From a virus (Duplodnaviria; Caudoviricetes), in IMG/VR virus record IMGVR_UViG_3300015245_000040, positions 1 to 62,875 of that record: DNA of 62,875 nucleotides, one strand, 5' to 3'. A program made the translations under genes and the position numbers. Positions 1 to 9,628 of this stretch are shown piece after piece. Numbering within the stretch: position 1 is the first letter of the stretch; each line of letters starts with the position of its first letter. Below the pieces are notes generated by a model. It saw only the letters and a list, made by a program, of their open reading frames with translations, was not told the DNA's origin and did no database searches.

Positions 1-967
1 ATAGATTGTTTGTTGACGAAGCACCAGAATCTAATGTGATTGTTGTAGCCCCACCAGCCTGTGCAGTCCCAGACCGTATGAAAGTGGCATCAGGGGGTAT
101 ACTTCCAACCGCTGTTGTTCCCCAATTAACTGTATTAGTTCCAATCTGGGCAGTTGAAGTAGATACAGCACTGCTTGCTATATCTATAATATCTGATTTA
201 ACTAGGGCAGATCCTGCTGTGCCTGTAAAATTAATAGGCTGTGTAGTCCCTTGATTAGCACTAATCGCCGTAACTGACGAAGTAGAAACAGCATTGATTG
301 AAACAGTATTAGTACCAAGTTGTGCTGATGTCGTTGATACTGCACTACCAACAATATCCCTTAAATCAGCTGGAATCATTCCAGTAGCATGAGTGCTAAG
401 AGCTGATCCATCCACATTAACTAAATTGACTCCTATCTGTGCACTTGAAGTAGATACAGCAGAGCCTGCAATATCTACAGTATCAGACTTCACCAGAGCA
501 CTAGCCCCTGTGCCTGTGAAGTTGATTGGTTGAGTAGTCCCTTGATTGGCACTTATCGTTGTAATTGAAGAAGCAGACACATTATTGATATTCTTAACAT
601 TAATATCAGGAATACCTGCTGTGGCAGGGCTAGAAACATTGGTTCCATTCCACTGCGTTACATTAGCTGGTAGTGTGTCACCCAAGATATTGGCTGCAAC
701 TTGATCAGCAAAGTCGGTTGGGTCACCAGATGCAGCAGTGATATGATAAGCAAGATCACCAAGTGTATTGGTATCAGTTGTAGTCAGAGCAATCTTATAC
801 CAACCACTGGAAACTTCAGTTACAGTTCCCCCAGCAGAAGCAAATGATCCGCCAGCCTTACTAATAGTGACTGCCGGTGTTGCACCAGTGAGTCCAGTAA
901 TATGGTCCGATGACTGGACCATAAGGAACATTCTAGTGTAGGTAGTCGATTGCTTGAGAACTGCCAT
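1..967 (-). CDS. Virion structural/tail-associated protein, 3'-truncated by window edge
   Basis: ATG at 967 directly after the stop of 968..1705; open frame MAVLKQSTTYTRMFLMVQSSDHITGLTGATPAVTISKAGG... runs off the window; Thr/Ser/Gly-rich with an internal repeat SANQGTTQPINFTGTxxSALVKSD twice. Confidence 0.7.
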   Translation of the reverse strand, partial: MAVLKQSTTYTRMFLMVQSSDHITGLTGATPAVTISKAGGSFASAGGTVTEVSSGWYKIALTTTDTNTLGDLAYHITAASGDPTDFADQVAANILGDTLPANVTQWNGTNVSSPATAGIPDINVKNINNVSASSITTISANQGTTQPINFTGTGASALVKSDTVDIAGSAVSTSSAQIGVNLVNVDGSALSTHATGMIPADLRDIVGSAVSTTSAQLGTNTVSINAVSTSSVTAISANQGTTQPINFTGTAGSALVKSDIIDIASSAVSTSTAQIGTNTVNWGTTAVGSIPPDATFIRSGTAQAGGATTITLDSGASSTNNL

Positions 968-1705
968 TTATACCATCATCTGACGCGATCCAACGCGTGT
1001 GCCAATTGATGAAAGAGTTCTGCGGAATACAACAGTGGATCCACTGCTAGGATCTATGTAATGGGCTACCTGCCGCGTATCACTACCATATAAGCTACCT
1101 GAATTGTCCTGTGTAGCCCCCGTCCAGGAAATAGAAGCAATGCTACTCAAATTGTATATATTGGTTACGACTACGACGCATCCACTAGTTGTTACATCCA
1201 AGCTCAAATTTGCCGGGCTTGCCGGTGGTGTCGTACCAAATTGCGCCGTTGAGAACGTATCAATTGCATTCCCGGCAATAGCAGCCGTATAAACCCAAAA
1301 GGTACAATCGAAAGGTGACGCGGGACCTGAGAACGTGATTGTGGCCGTTGTCCCCGCTGCCACATCGGCATAGAAAATTCCGGAATAGCATGAATTCCCG
1401 TTACCGTCGTTTGCACCTGTGACTTCACCAACCTTAGTCGCGGATATACCCGCAATTGTCATCGATCCAGTGACTGCCGTAGTCCCGCTCTGGATCATAG
1501 AGACGGCAACTATCACCCGCCTGCTAGCCCCAGCGGTCCCTATAGAAACACCTGTGGCAGACATACCGCTACCAGCTTCAGTGCGGCCTATATAAGTAAG
1601 GGAAGGTGATGGACCGCCGCCGCCATTGAAGCTCGCAGCAACACCCGTAAAATCTACGGGACTGCCGAATGTTCCATATCCAAACTGAAGGGTATGGGTC
1701 GCCAC
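968..1705 (-). CDS. Putative tail/virion beta-rich protein
   Basis: 245-aa Gly/Ser/Thr-rich ORF in late operon; similar in style to 35438..36364. Confidence 0.55.
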   Translation of the reverse strand: MATHTLQFGYGTFGSPVDFTGVAASFNGGGGPSPSLTYIGRTEAGSGMSATGVSIGTAGASRRVIVAVSMIQSGTTAVTGSMTIAGISATKVGEVTGANDGNGNSCYSGIFYADVAAGTTATITFSGPASPFDCTFWVYTAAIAGNAIDTFSTAQFGTTPPASPANLSLDVTTSGCVVVVTNIYNLSSIASISWTGATQDNSGSLYGSDTRQVAHYIDPSSGSTVVFRRTLSSIGTRVGSRQMMV

Positions 1706-1720
1706 TTTACGTTTCGTCCC

Positions 1721-2092
1721 CTATTTGAAACTTCGTCTGGCACAAACAGTAACAGTTATTTGTTCTGTAGTATCACCAGAAGCTATAAACGGTCTCATCC
1801 ATGAGGTCACTTCAGTTATCTGATGAATACCAGGGGCAGTCATTGCGATAACATTACTAAATGGGTCTGTGAGATTATAATAATTCCCACTAGTTGTTGA
1901 TATCGCATTATTTGATCCCTGAATATTGACTACGGTCCCAACACCAAAAGTCCCATCGCATTGAATAGACCTATCAACAATATCACCTCTTGATATAGGC
2001 TTAAACGTATCGCCAAATTTGGCGGGACCCCATTGAATGATATGCAGATTATTCTCATCAAAGACTGATATATTTGGGGAAATAAGAGCCAT
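1721..2092 (-). CDS. Hypothetical (probable virion) protein
   Basis: 123-aa ORF tightly packed in operon. Confidence 0.6.
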   Translation of the reverse strand: MALISPNISVFDENNLHIIQWGPAKFGDTFKPISRGDIVDRSIQCDGTFGVGTVVNIQGSNNAISTTSGNYYNLTDPFSNVIAMTAPGIHQITEVTSWMRPFIASGDTTEQITVTVCARRSFK

Positions 2093-2100
2093 GTTAAATT

Positions 2101-2631
2101 CTAACCCTGTAATAGGTTAGCAAAATCCAGTATAGCCTGTTCCCGTTGAACAACAGATTCCCTTTTACCTTTCAGAACAATACTTAATTCCGCAAGTTCT
2201 TCTTCCTTTAAAGCAAGTTGGTTCTGTTTTTGCTTAGCTTCTTTTATACTGACATCTAAATCATGATTCTTTTCACTTAATATTTGTTGTTTATCTCTAT
2301 ATTCTTGTTCAAGTTCTTTGTGTTCTTCATCAAGTTGACTTAATTTCTCATTATAAGTCTTTATTTGTTGATTAAGTTGCCCACTTAATATGTCTAAATC
2401 CTGATGTCTTTCATCTAATTGTTGTTCACGTACATCATGATCATTCTGTTTCTGTTTTAAATCATCTAAAACCTTTAATGTATCAGCCTTTTGCTTTTTA
2501 TAATCCTCAGAAGCACGTGCATGCGCATTCACTGCCTCTTTATGAGCAGCGATGACAGACTGTGCTTTTGCAGTGTCAGCAAGGAAATCAATTAGATTCT
2601 GCTGGCGGCGTGTGCTCATCATCGCTGGCAT
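2101..2631 (-). CDS. Coiled-coil protein
   Basis: 176-aa E/K/Q/L-rich heptad pattern. Confidence 0.65.
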   Translation of the reverse strand: MPAMMSTRRQQNLIDFLADTAKAQSVIAAHKEAVNAHARASEDYKKQKADTLKVLDDLKQKQNDHDVREQQLDERHQDLDILSGQLNQQIKTYNEKLSQLDEEHKELEQEYRDKQQILSEKNHDLDVSIKEAKQKQNQLALKEEELAELSIVLKGKRESVVQREQAILDFANLLQG

Positions 2632-2986
2632 GTGTTTCTTCCATAACAGGGGATGTTTCTTCTACTTCAGGAAGCAATTCCGGAGCTAATCCAATTACAG
2701 CGACGCGGTGCCCAGCGTGTACACCATAAAATAAACGTTCCCCAGGTTCTATATGATGATATTCAGGGTCAGCAACAGGGTTTTCACCGAAAGAAATTGC
2801 ACAATCTGCTTCCGTTCGTATACAAATGAAGTTCGTATAAGATGGGAAAGGCCCACTGGCTCTAGATTCATGAGTAATTTCTACATAAGCCTCAGCCAAA
2901 GGGGGTGCCATAGGAGCACCCACAGGCTGATTCGTCGAATCTCGAGCCATATCTCTCCAGCACGTTATATACAACCTAGATGACAT
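2588..2986 (-). CDS. Hypothetical phage protein
   Basis: 132-aa ORF, operon context. Confidence 0.65.
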   Translation of the reverse strand: MSSRLYITCWRDMARDSTNQPVGAPMAPPLAEAYVEITHESRASGPFPSYTNFICIRTEADCAISFGENPVADPEYHHIEPGERLFYGVHAGHRVAVIGLAPELLPEVEETSPVMEETHASDDEHTPPAESN

Positions 2987-3004
2987 TTATTAACCCCTTA
3001 ATTA

Positions 3005-3778
3005 TCATTTTGAGTTGTATTCTGTAATTAAGATACAACCATTACCTCCAGATCCGCCTGTGGCAGTAGCTGCTGTAACACCTTCAGATTCACCACCAGA
3101 ACCACCACCCCCACAAGCAGTACCAGCGGTACCATTAACAGCACCCGCAGTAGCATCTACACCAGCAGCACCACCACCCCAAGGACCTCCCGCCCCGTAT
3201 CCAGATGGAGCATCTGCTGAATTAACAGTAGCACTAAACCCAGCCCCTCCTGCCGTACCAGAAATCTTAAAATCACCTGTGCCAGAACTTCCAACACCAC
3301 CAGCGCCACCAGCGCCACCAGTATTAGCTACTCCACTACCGCCACCTGATCCACCCACTGCTACACAAAGAGTTCCAAGAGACGTGTTATTTCCAGATGT
3401 GCCAGGATTAGCACCTGTAGCACCACCATTAGCAGCCGCAGTATTAGTGGTAGCTTGAGATCCCCCTATCTGAGCAGCAGTGAGCCTTACCCGCGAATAA
3501 CTACCTGCACCACCACCACCACCTGAAGAGGCGCCAGCCGTAACAGGTGCAGCGGCCCCACCACCACCACCACCTTGCCCTACACATTCTACAATAGCAA
3601 AGAGCAGGTTGGCATTCGGGGTATAAGTACTGTTGGCACTAGTCGTAAAATATTGAGTAGTAACACTTGGTGTTGTACTGGCAACGCTCTGATTAGCGAA
3701 TTCACTTCTGGCTAAATAAGAAGTTGTTATTACACCAATACTAACAGTGCTAAGAAAGATTAAGATATACTTCTTCAT
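3005..3778 (-). CDS. Glycine-rich protein (virion/tail-fibre associated)
   Basis: VECVGQGGGGGG ... GGNGCILITEY glycine-rich domain pattern; hydrophobic N-terminus. Confidence 0.7.
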   Translation of the reverse strand: MKKYILIFLSTVSIGVITTSYLARSEFANQSVASTTPSVTTQYFTTSANSTYTPNANLLFAIVECVGQGGGGGGAAAPVTAGASSGGGGGAGSYSRVRLTAAQIGGSQATTNTAAANGGATGANPGTSGNNTSLGTLCVAVGGSGGGSGVANTGGAGGAGGVGSSGTGDFKISGTAGGAGFSATVNSADAPSGYGAGGPWGGGAAGVDATAGAVNGTAGTACGGGGSGGESEGVTAATATGGSGGNGCILITEYNSK

Positions 3779-4215
3779 GGGGCTAATACCTCAAATGAGA
3801 ACGTACAATCAACAGCATAAGTCAATGTAAATGGCCCTGTAGATGAACAGACAGCTACAAACCCTGTCTTAGTTGGAATACGACTAGCCCCATTAAACAT
3901 TAAAAAATCCGTGACCCCTAAAGAACTTATGGCTCCAATTTGGTACCACTTTAGAACACATGGCCTAGAAGCTGCTGCGTTAGTACATCCTGTAATAGCT
4001 GCCCCACCACCAGTTGGAGCAGTAGTCGCATCGAATAACATAACCCATCTTGATGCTGCATTTGTATTATTAATCTGTCCCCCATAAATATTGCATGAAG
4101 AAGCACAGAATACATGACTTGATTCTACAGCCGATGCTGTAGTCTGTGTCTGAGCGTGAACTTGAGTAGTTCCCAGAGCTAATGCCACCAGGGTAATAGA
4201 TAATTTCTTCATCAT
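3775..4215 (-). CDS. Signal-peptide-bearing hypothetical protein
   Basis: MMKKLSITLVALALGTTQVHA signal-like N-terminus; several Cys. Confidence 0.65.
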   Translation of the reverse strand: MMKKLSITLVALALGTTQVHAQTQTTASAVESSHVFCASSCNIYGGQINNTNAASRWVMLFDATTAPTGGGAAITGCTNAAASRPCVLKWYQIGAISSLGVTDFLMFNGASRIPTKTGFVAVCSSTGPFTLTYAVDCTFSFEVLAP

Positions 4216-4219
4216 AGCC

Positions 4220-4435
4220 TCATAAGTGAAATGCGTTCGTGTGTATGCCAGCCAAACCTAATAATATCTGAGCAACATAGATAACAATTATTACAACTAT
4301 AATAACAAACAGAATTCTGATGATTGTTCTGAATGGCTCACCTAATGGAACTACTTTAACTAGCTCTTGTAGCCCCCAGAGGATGACCCCTGCAATGATA
4401 CAGAAAAAGATTAAACCAATAAGAGTTCCTAGCAT
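4220..4435 (-). CDS. Small two-TM membrane protein (holin-like candidate)
   Basis: Two hydrophobic segments; AGGAG RBS upstream. Confidence 0.6.
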   Translation of the reverse strand: MLGTLIGLIFFCIIAGVILWGLQELVKVVPLGEPFRTIIRILFVIIVVIIVIYVAQILLGLAGIHTNAFHL

Positions 4436-4480
4436 TGGTCTATCTCCTTCCTAACATTTGTAATACAACTGTTGTTTACC

Positions 4481-4963
4481 TTATGGTAAGCTTCCCCCTG
4501 TTAATGCTATTGCATTTGGGAAGTCCATTATAAAAGAACTTGGTTGTCCCAATGTTGGTTGTGATTCTGTAGAATATTGAATATTCCAAGTACCATCAGA
4601 TCCATATAGAGCACATGTAAAAGCACTGGCAGTTATAGTGACTACTCTACCCCCAAGATTAATAGTTGATACAACTGTTTTGAATTGTGTATAATCATAA
4701 AAAATTGCTAGGGAATCAGAATTCACACTAGGAATCCTAGAACCAATTGGAAATTGTATTGCATTTGGAAAATGCGCTGTTACTACTTCTTGAGTAAACG
4801 TACCACCAACAGTATATATAATTATATCTAATTCTGGATTAATGTTTATTACCCAATATCCTGGTACATAGAAAATATAATTCTGAGATCCCAATAAATC
4901 TACGATAGATACAAAATCATCGTAATTACTGGGTTGTAACAATCTTCTTGCATTAAGACCCAT
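4481..4963 (-). CDS. Hypothetical protein
   Basis: 160-aa ORF coupled to upstream gene. Confidence 0.55.
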   Translation of the reverse strand: MGLNARRLLQPSNYDDFVSIVDLLGSQNYIFYVPGYWVININPELDIIIYTVGGTFTQEVVTAHFPNAIQFPIGSRIPSVNSDSLAIFYDYTQFKTVVSTINLGGRVVTITASAFTCALYGSDGTWNIQYSTESQPTLGQPSSFIMDFPNAIALTGGSLP

Positions 4964-5586
4964 TATTCATCCCCTAACTTTGGTATTGCTTCAAATATCC
5001 AACTTGTTATAGGAAATGCTTTAACCGACACATAAGTAGTATTTGCTTTAATAACCCCCTTATATTCTTTTAATAAGGCAAATACCTCAGAACTTGAATA
5101 AGTCCTAGTTCTAGTGTTTCCCCTTTTTATATCTTCAGGTATTTTGCTGGCTAAAACCCGACCAAACAAACGTCCTTCTGGACGTAACCATTTTTTGATT
5201 CTATCAAATAGAATACTAGATTGTTCTAATTCAAGGCAATCAAATATTCCAATTCCTATAATACAATCAAAAGAATTTTCTTTTAAATCTAAATCTAATA
5301 TATCAGAACATATGATTTTAACTAAATGCTTCTTTTCATCAATAATATTGTGATATAATGTATCGCAGGCCACTTTTGAGATATCAACTGCTGTGACTTG
5401 GAACCCTTTATTGACAAGAAATATAGAACTAGACCCGGTTCCACATCCTAAATCAAGAAATTTTAAACCTGAGCTTCCCCAATAATGTTCAGCCATAAAG
5501 GCTAGAAATTCCATTCCTGGGATTGTACCCCAGGAAATATTCCTATGAATTTCATCCCATAAACTTGCTTGTAGCATTACATACAC
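4963..5586 (-). CDS. Class I SAM-dependent methyltransferase
   Basis: FLDLGCGTG motif I, VTAVDIS, SFDCII, LRPEGR. Confidence 0.85.
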   Translation of the reverse strand: MYVMLQASLWDEIHRNISWGTIPGMEFLAFMAEHYWGSSGLKFLDLGCGTGSSSIFLVNKGFQVTAVDISKVACDTLYHNIIDEKKHLVKIICSDILDLDLKENSFDCIIGIGIFDCLELEQSSILFDRIKKWLRPEGRLFGRVLASKIPEDIKRGNTRTRTYSSSEVFALLKEYKGVIKANTTYVSVKAFPITSWIFEAIPKLGDE

Positions 5587-5636
5587 CTAATTATCAAGCT
5601 TTATTATCCACTTCATAGCTTCATTTATAGGTAAAT

Positions 5637-5897
5637 TTATCTACGTCCTAACATTTGTAATAAAGTCGGTAAATTTGCGCTTGATAAAGTATTCAAGGAT
5701 TGGGTCTGCCCTGGTGTAAACCCTACTGAATTAGGTCTAACATGGGTAGGCTTCATAAAACTAGGCTGAGGTAGACCTGCCCCTATAGCCTGAAACCCAT
5801 GCTGTGCAGCCTGTAGCGGGCTAGACGGGGCCTGATAAGCAGGGAATAACCCCTGTAAAGTAGCTACAGGGTTAGGGGGTTGATCGGGCTGTGCCAT
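5637..5897 (-). CDS. Pro/Gln-rich hypothetical protein
   Basis: 86-aa ORF. Confidence 0.55.
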   Translation of the reverse strand: MAQPDQPPNPVATLQGLFPAYQAPSSPLQAAQHGFQAIGAGLPQPSFMKPTHVRPNSVGFTPGQTQSLNTLSSANLPTLLQMLGRR

Positions 5898-5905
5898 TTG
5901 ATCCG

Positions 5906-5990
5906 TGTGACCGTCCGGGATTAGGGTTTAACACCTATTTCGTAATCTATGGAAGCACCTGGAGGGGTAGAGTTACGCCGGACGGTCACA
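5906..5990. repeat. Perfect 13-bp inverted repeat enclosing 59 nt
   Basis: TGTGACCGTCCGG (5906-5918) / CCGGACGGTCACA (5978-5990). Confidence 0.85.
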
Positions 5991-6004
5991 GCCCTATCAT
6001 AATC

Positions 6005-6523
6005 CTACTTAATGATATCTGCTGCTAAGTACTTAGATCCATCTTCTAAATACCTCATAACTCTATAATCCTGTGCTGGGGGCTTGGAACCGGTTAAGTA
6101 CCAGCGCCCTGCTTTATCCTCAATCTTACCTAAAGTTTTAAGCCGGTTTATGGCCAACCTAATAGATTTCTCAGTCAAAGCTGGCTTAACAGGTAGAGCT
6201 ATTACCTTATTTGTAATATCAACAGTTCTTAACCCTGAATTATCAGTGATATAAGACATGATACTATCATTCATGATCCTATCAACTTCAGTTAAGACAT
6301 AAGACTTACCTGAAACAGGTTCTACAGGATCATTTAACTTCAGAACCCTATTTATTTCTTCTTTAGCGCATTCTACCCCGTCATCAAAGGCACGCTTATA
6401 ATAAACGTCAGCCATGACCTCTTCTAATTCTGAAATTGCTTTGGCCAATTCAACAGTTAGATCACTGACTTTCTTCTTAGACTTCATAAGACGTGGGTTT
6501 TTTTCGTCTGAAAGTACATTCAT
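6005..6523 (-). CDS. Putative DNA-binding protein (C-terminal winged-helix-like)
   Basis: SIRLAINRLKTLGKIEDKAGRWYL helix-wing pattern. Confidence 0.55.
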   Translation of the reverse strand: MNVLSDEKNPRLMKSKKKVSDLTVELAKAISELEEVMADVYYKRAFDDGVECAKEEINRVLKLNDPVEPVSGKSYVLTEVDRIMNDSIMSYITDNSGLRTVDITNKVIALPVKPALTEKSIRLAINRLKTLGKIEDKAGRWYLTGSKPPAQDYRVMRYLEDGSKYLAADIIK

Positions 6524-6586
6524 TATAATGACTCTATAGGTTAAGGGGTTATATTCTCATTACCTTATTGATCTTCCTACTTAAGA

Positions 6587-6799
6587 TCAACCAGATTTTG
6601 TAGTCTTTGTCACTTTAACTGTCTGTGGTTTAACCATAGATAGTGACACTTTTTGTGGTTTGAAAGATGTAGTTTTAGGGGGCTTAGGGGGACCCTTTGG
6701 AACCTGTAATCTAGACCTGTTAACCCCCTTGGTTGGATTGCCCTTAGAATATATCTTCTCAGGTTTAGGAATAGTTGGCGGCTTTAATACTTTAGACAT
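6587..6799 (-). CDS. Small basic Lys/Pro-rich protein
   Basis: 70-aa ORF. Confidence 0.5.
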   Translation of the reverse strand: MSKVLKPPTIPKPEKIYSKGNPTKGVNRSRLQVPKGPPKPPKTTSFKPQKVSLSMVKPQTVKVTKTTKSG

Positions 6800-6825
6800 T
6801 AATCACACTCATAAATCTAGACCTA

Positions 6826-7062
6826 TTAAATTTTAATAGGTACAGGTGTGAAATCTACATAGTAACATTGTCCAATCACAAGCTGTTCAGCCGCCTTTGG
6901 ATTATCGATTTGATATTCAGCCATCCCAGTTGGCGTTGCCTTCTGGAAGGTCTGGTCTTCTTCGCAAAGTGTAGGATCGTATTCGCATCTGAAGATTGCT
7001 TTAGCCCCACCCCAAATCTGGGCGTAAACACCATCAAGCCGCATTTTACAACGAATACTCAT
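6826..7062 (-). CDS. Conserved phage hypothetical protein
   Basis: MSIRCKMRL...FQKATPTG...IDNP...YYVDFTP; AAAGGAG RBS before ATG 7062. Confidence 0.7.
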   Translation of the reverse strand: MSIRCKMRLDGVYAQIWGGAKAIFRCEYDPTLCEEDQTFQKATPTGMAEYQIDNPKAAEQLVIGQCYYVDFTPVPIKI

Positions 7063-7075
7063 AATTACTGCTCCT

Positions 7076-7378
7076 TTAATCACCTAAAAGGTTTAAGGTA
7101 GAGTCTGTACCAGTTGGTGCTCCATTCCAATTAGCACCATAAGGTAACAGAGCATTGGGCTGCTGGATTGACCCTGTCGATGGGTTACCAAATAAACCTG
7201 AGAATAGGGTGTTATTTCCAGGCTTAGTCATGGCCTTGGTAAGATCATCAGCAGCTGTGGCTGCCCCTTGAGGGGCTTTCAGAGCATTGGCCACATTAGC
7301 CTGATTGGACGGTGCAAGCGGATGCTGAGGCGGTAATGCCTGAGACTGAACAGGTTGCATAGTAGGAATGAAAGGCAT
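7076..7378 (-). CDS. Hypothetical protein
   Basis: 100-aa ORF. Confidence 0.55.
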   Translation of the reverse strand: MPFIPTMQPVQSQALPPQHPLAPSNQANVANALKAPQGAATAADDLTKAMTKPGNNTLFSGLFGNPSTGSIQQPNALLPYGANWNGAPTGTDSTLNLLGD

Positions 7379-7387
7379 TAAAATTCT

Positions 7388-7726
7388 TCATGATTTGTTG
7401 TGTTGTGAGAAACTATTCAACTGAGCCGTATGCCCTGAAACAATATTATTAATAGCTTCTAATCGTCCATTCAAAATAGATGCTGTAGAATCAATTCTTG
7501 ACCCTTGTGACAGCATCCGTTGATCCATAGCGGCTATACGTTCATCTTGACGGGCTGCTGCTACTACTATAGCCTGCACTTGTATCAATTGATTTTCAAC
7601 TTTTTCTAAGCGTGTCCCTTGATGTTTTAAATCATCCCTAAGCTTTTGGAACATGATTACAAACCCAATCAATACAATTACGATTTGTAAAATCTGTCCA
7701 ATGTTAATTTGCAGAAAACTTTCCAT
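7388..7726 (-). CDS. Membrane-anchored coiled-coil protein
   Basis: N-terminal TM segment then heptad repeat. Confidence 0.65.
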   Translation of the reverse strand: MESFLQINIGQILQIVIVLIGFVIMFQKLRDDLKHQGTRLEKVENQLIQVQAIVVAAARQDERIAAMDQRMLSQGSRIDSTASILNGRLEAINNIVSGHTAQLNSFSQHNKS

Positions 7727-7767
7727 TAATGTTCTTACCTTGCATTTATAGTATGAATGCTACTGAA

Positions 7768-8082
7768 TTACCTATAAGTCTGAGAACAAGAATGTCCCCA
7801 GTTATTTATCCTACAACCATGTTGTAGGGCAATACAATAACCTATATCACATCCCTGAGGGCCACAGTCATTATTCTTTATAAGTTGGCTGGCCCTGGCA
7901 CACTTATAACTTAAATCAGAACTTTGGTTACGTCTAGGTTGCTGAATTGGTGGATAGTAATCATTCTGGGTCTGAGGAACTGGTGGGTAATAGGGTCTAT
8001 AGTTAGGATTATATTGCCCATGAGCGGCTGTTAAACCACAAAAGATGACTCCAATGACCAAGGTTTTGGTGAGCTTTAACAT
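7768..8082 (-). CDS. Secreted Cys-containing small protein
   Basis: Signal-like N-terminus, Pro/Tyr linker, Cys-rich C-terminus. Confidence 0.55.
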   Translation of the reverse strand: MLKLTKTLVIGVIFCGLTAAHGQYNPNYRPYYPPVPQTQNDYYPPIQQPRRNQSSDLSYKCARASQLIKNNDCGPQGCDIGYCIALQHGCRINNWGHSCSQTYR

Positions 8083-8182
8083 TGAGTTAACCCCGTTTGC
8101 TGATGGGTTTTATGTATCAGTGGTAAGGGTTTATTCAAAATATTATCTTTTATATATTTTAGAGCATCACCAGTTTTTAGGT

Positions 8183-8437
8183 TTAAGGACATGCCCCAGG
8201 GGAACCATAAATTGAGAAGGTAATCTCAGCATCACGTCTATCTTTAGATTCATCAAGGTAACTAACAATATGTCGTCGTCTATGCCCATAGATTTGACAG
8301 AGTAATGGCATTTTCAATTCAGCATTAATATCAACTTCTATATCAAACCAATTAACAATAATTTCTGAGTAAAAGCTATCTATTGGCTCCCAATGCCATC
8401 TGATAGGTAAGACACCACCAAGGAGTAGACTACTCAT
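8183..8437 (-). CDS. Hypothetical protein
   Basis: 84-aa ORF. Confidence 0.45.
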   Translation of the reverse strand: MSSLLLGGVLPIRWHWEPIDSFYSEIIVNWFDIEVDINAELKMPLLCQIYGHRRRHIVSYLDESKDRRDAEITFSIYGSPGACP

Positions 8438-8522
8438 TTAAAGGCACTCACTAATCAAAGATTAAGTTTGTAATATTACACTAATTTGCATAACATTCAA
8501 CCTTATCACTAAGGAGGTAATT

Positions 8523-8753
8523 ATGACAAATGAAGAAATAAATGCAGTTGCTTCTGCCGTAGGTAAATTACTTGAGCCAAGATTGTCTCATATTGAAGCA
8601 CTTGTGTCAGAAACTAATAGCATTTCTAGAGGCACCACAATTCAGATGGCCATCATCTTCGATAAGATTGGTGCCATTGAAGATGAAATGATTAAACTGA
8701 CAGCAAGGGTTGCTGCCTTGGAACCTAAGAAGTCAAATGGGCACGCTATATAG
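8523..8753 (+). CDS. Small coiled-coil protein
   Basis: Strong AAGGAGGT RBS; heptad pattern. Confidence 0.7.
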   Translation: MTNEEINAVASAVGKLLEPRLSHIEALVSETNSISRGTTIQMAIIFDKIGAIEDEMIKLTARVAALEPKKSNGHAI

Positions 8754-8761
8754 ATGAGGTA

Positions 8762-9103
8762 ATGATGATAAGACTCAGTTGTACTTCGATAGGGCTGCTA
8801 ATGAGCGTGACGATGGCAAATTCGCAGGCTGCCTGCATACCACCCTACGCCTCACGGGAACAACTTGCTAAAGCGGTAGGGATGGGGGCTATTACGCCTG
8901 AACAAGCCCGCCAAGCTGCATATGATATGGAACGGTGTGAACGGAAAAATAAATCAGTTCAACAACCCCAATGCCCACAATTTGATATGGCTTCAATTAA
9001 TAAATGGACAGCCCAAGGTATGATTACGCCTCAACAGTATCTTTGGTATCAAATGAAGAATGCTTGCGGCGATCCAGGCGTATTCCCTCAATCACCAAGG
9101 TAG
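8762..9103 (+). CDS. Secreted hypothetical protein with internal duplication
   Basis: GAGG RBS; signal-like N-terminus; GxITPxQ motif twice. Confidence 0.6.
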   Translation: MMIRLSCTSIGLLMSVTMANSQAACIPPYASREQLAKAVGMGAITPEQARQAAYDMERCERKNKSVQQPQCPQFDMASINKWTAQGMITPQQYLWYQMKNACGDPGVFPQSPR

Positions 9104-9562
9104 TTACTCTTTTAATTTACCGCGCTGCTGATCATACTTACCAGCTTTTATTGCTTCTTCAAAACTCATCTTTTTCTTATTTGATCTAAACATTCTGTTT
9201 TTTAAGGTACTGATTGGTATTCTAGTTTCTTCAGACCATTGAGTTAATGTTTGTGTTCGTCCAAATGCTGTTAATCTATTATTGTTTCTTCTATTATTCT
9301 GTTGTTCTTTGTAGGTAGCCCAATAACAATTTTCCTTACTATAACCTTTATTATTATCTTTTCGTTCCAGAGTCAACTTATCATCTGGAATTCCCATATC
9401 TGCTACAAAATTCTGAAAGCTTTCCCACCTTTCGTCATACGTAATTCCACGGGCACCATAATTTTTATATTCCGGTGCGTTTGGACTTGTACACCTATAT
9501 TTCATCTGTCTCCAGATATGATTAACTCTAGTGTTATGCATACCATGATGTTTTCCAGTCAT
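9104..9562 (-). CDS. Free-standing HNH-type homing endonuclease
   Basis: WRQMKYRC...YKNYGARGI...W.SF.NF..DMG...TLERKDNNKGYSKENCYWAT. Confidence 0.85.
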   Translation of the reverse strand: MTGKHHGMHNTRVNHIWRQMKYRCTSPNAPEYKNYGARGITYDERWESFQNFVADMGIPDDKLTLERKDNNKGYSKENCYWATYKEQQNNRRNNNRLTAFGRTQTLTQWSEETRIPISTLKNRMFRSNKKKMSFEEAIKAGKYDQQRGKLKE

Positions 9563-9603
9563 ACGGGGTCCCTTTTACTGAGACCCCGTATGTTACTGGA
9601 TTT

Positions 9604-9628
9604 CAGTATTGGGTCAAGCCCAATACTG
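9604..9628 (-). terminator. Hairpin directly after capsid stop codon
   Basis: CAGTATTGGG-CTTGA-CCCAATACTG on the minus strand; no U-tail on that strand. Confidence 0.45.

Noticed and set aside
3015-3458. Pro-rich plus-strand ORFs (also 13658..13867)
   Set aside because: Antisense shadows of glycine-rich genes (GGT codons read as CCA/ACC).
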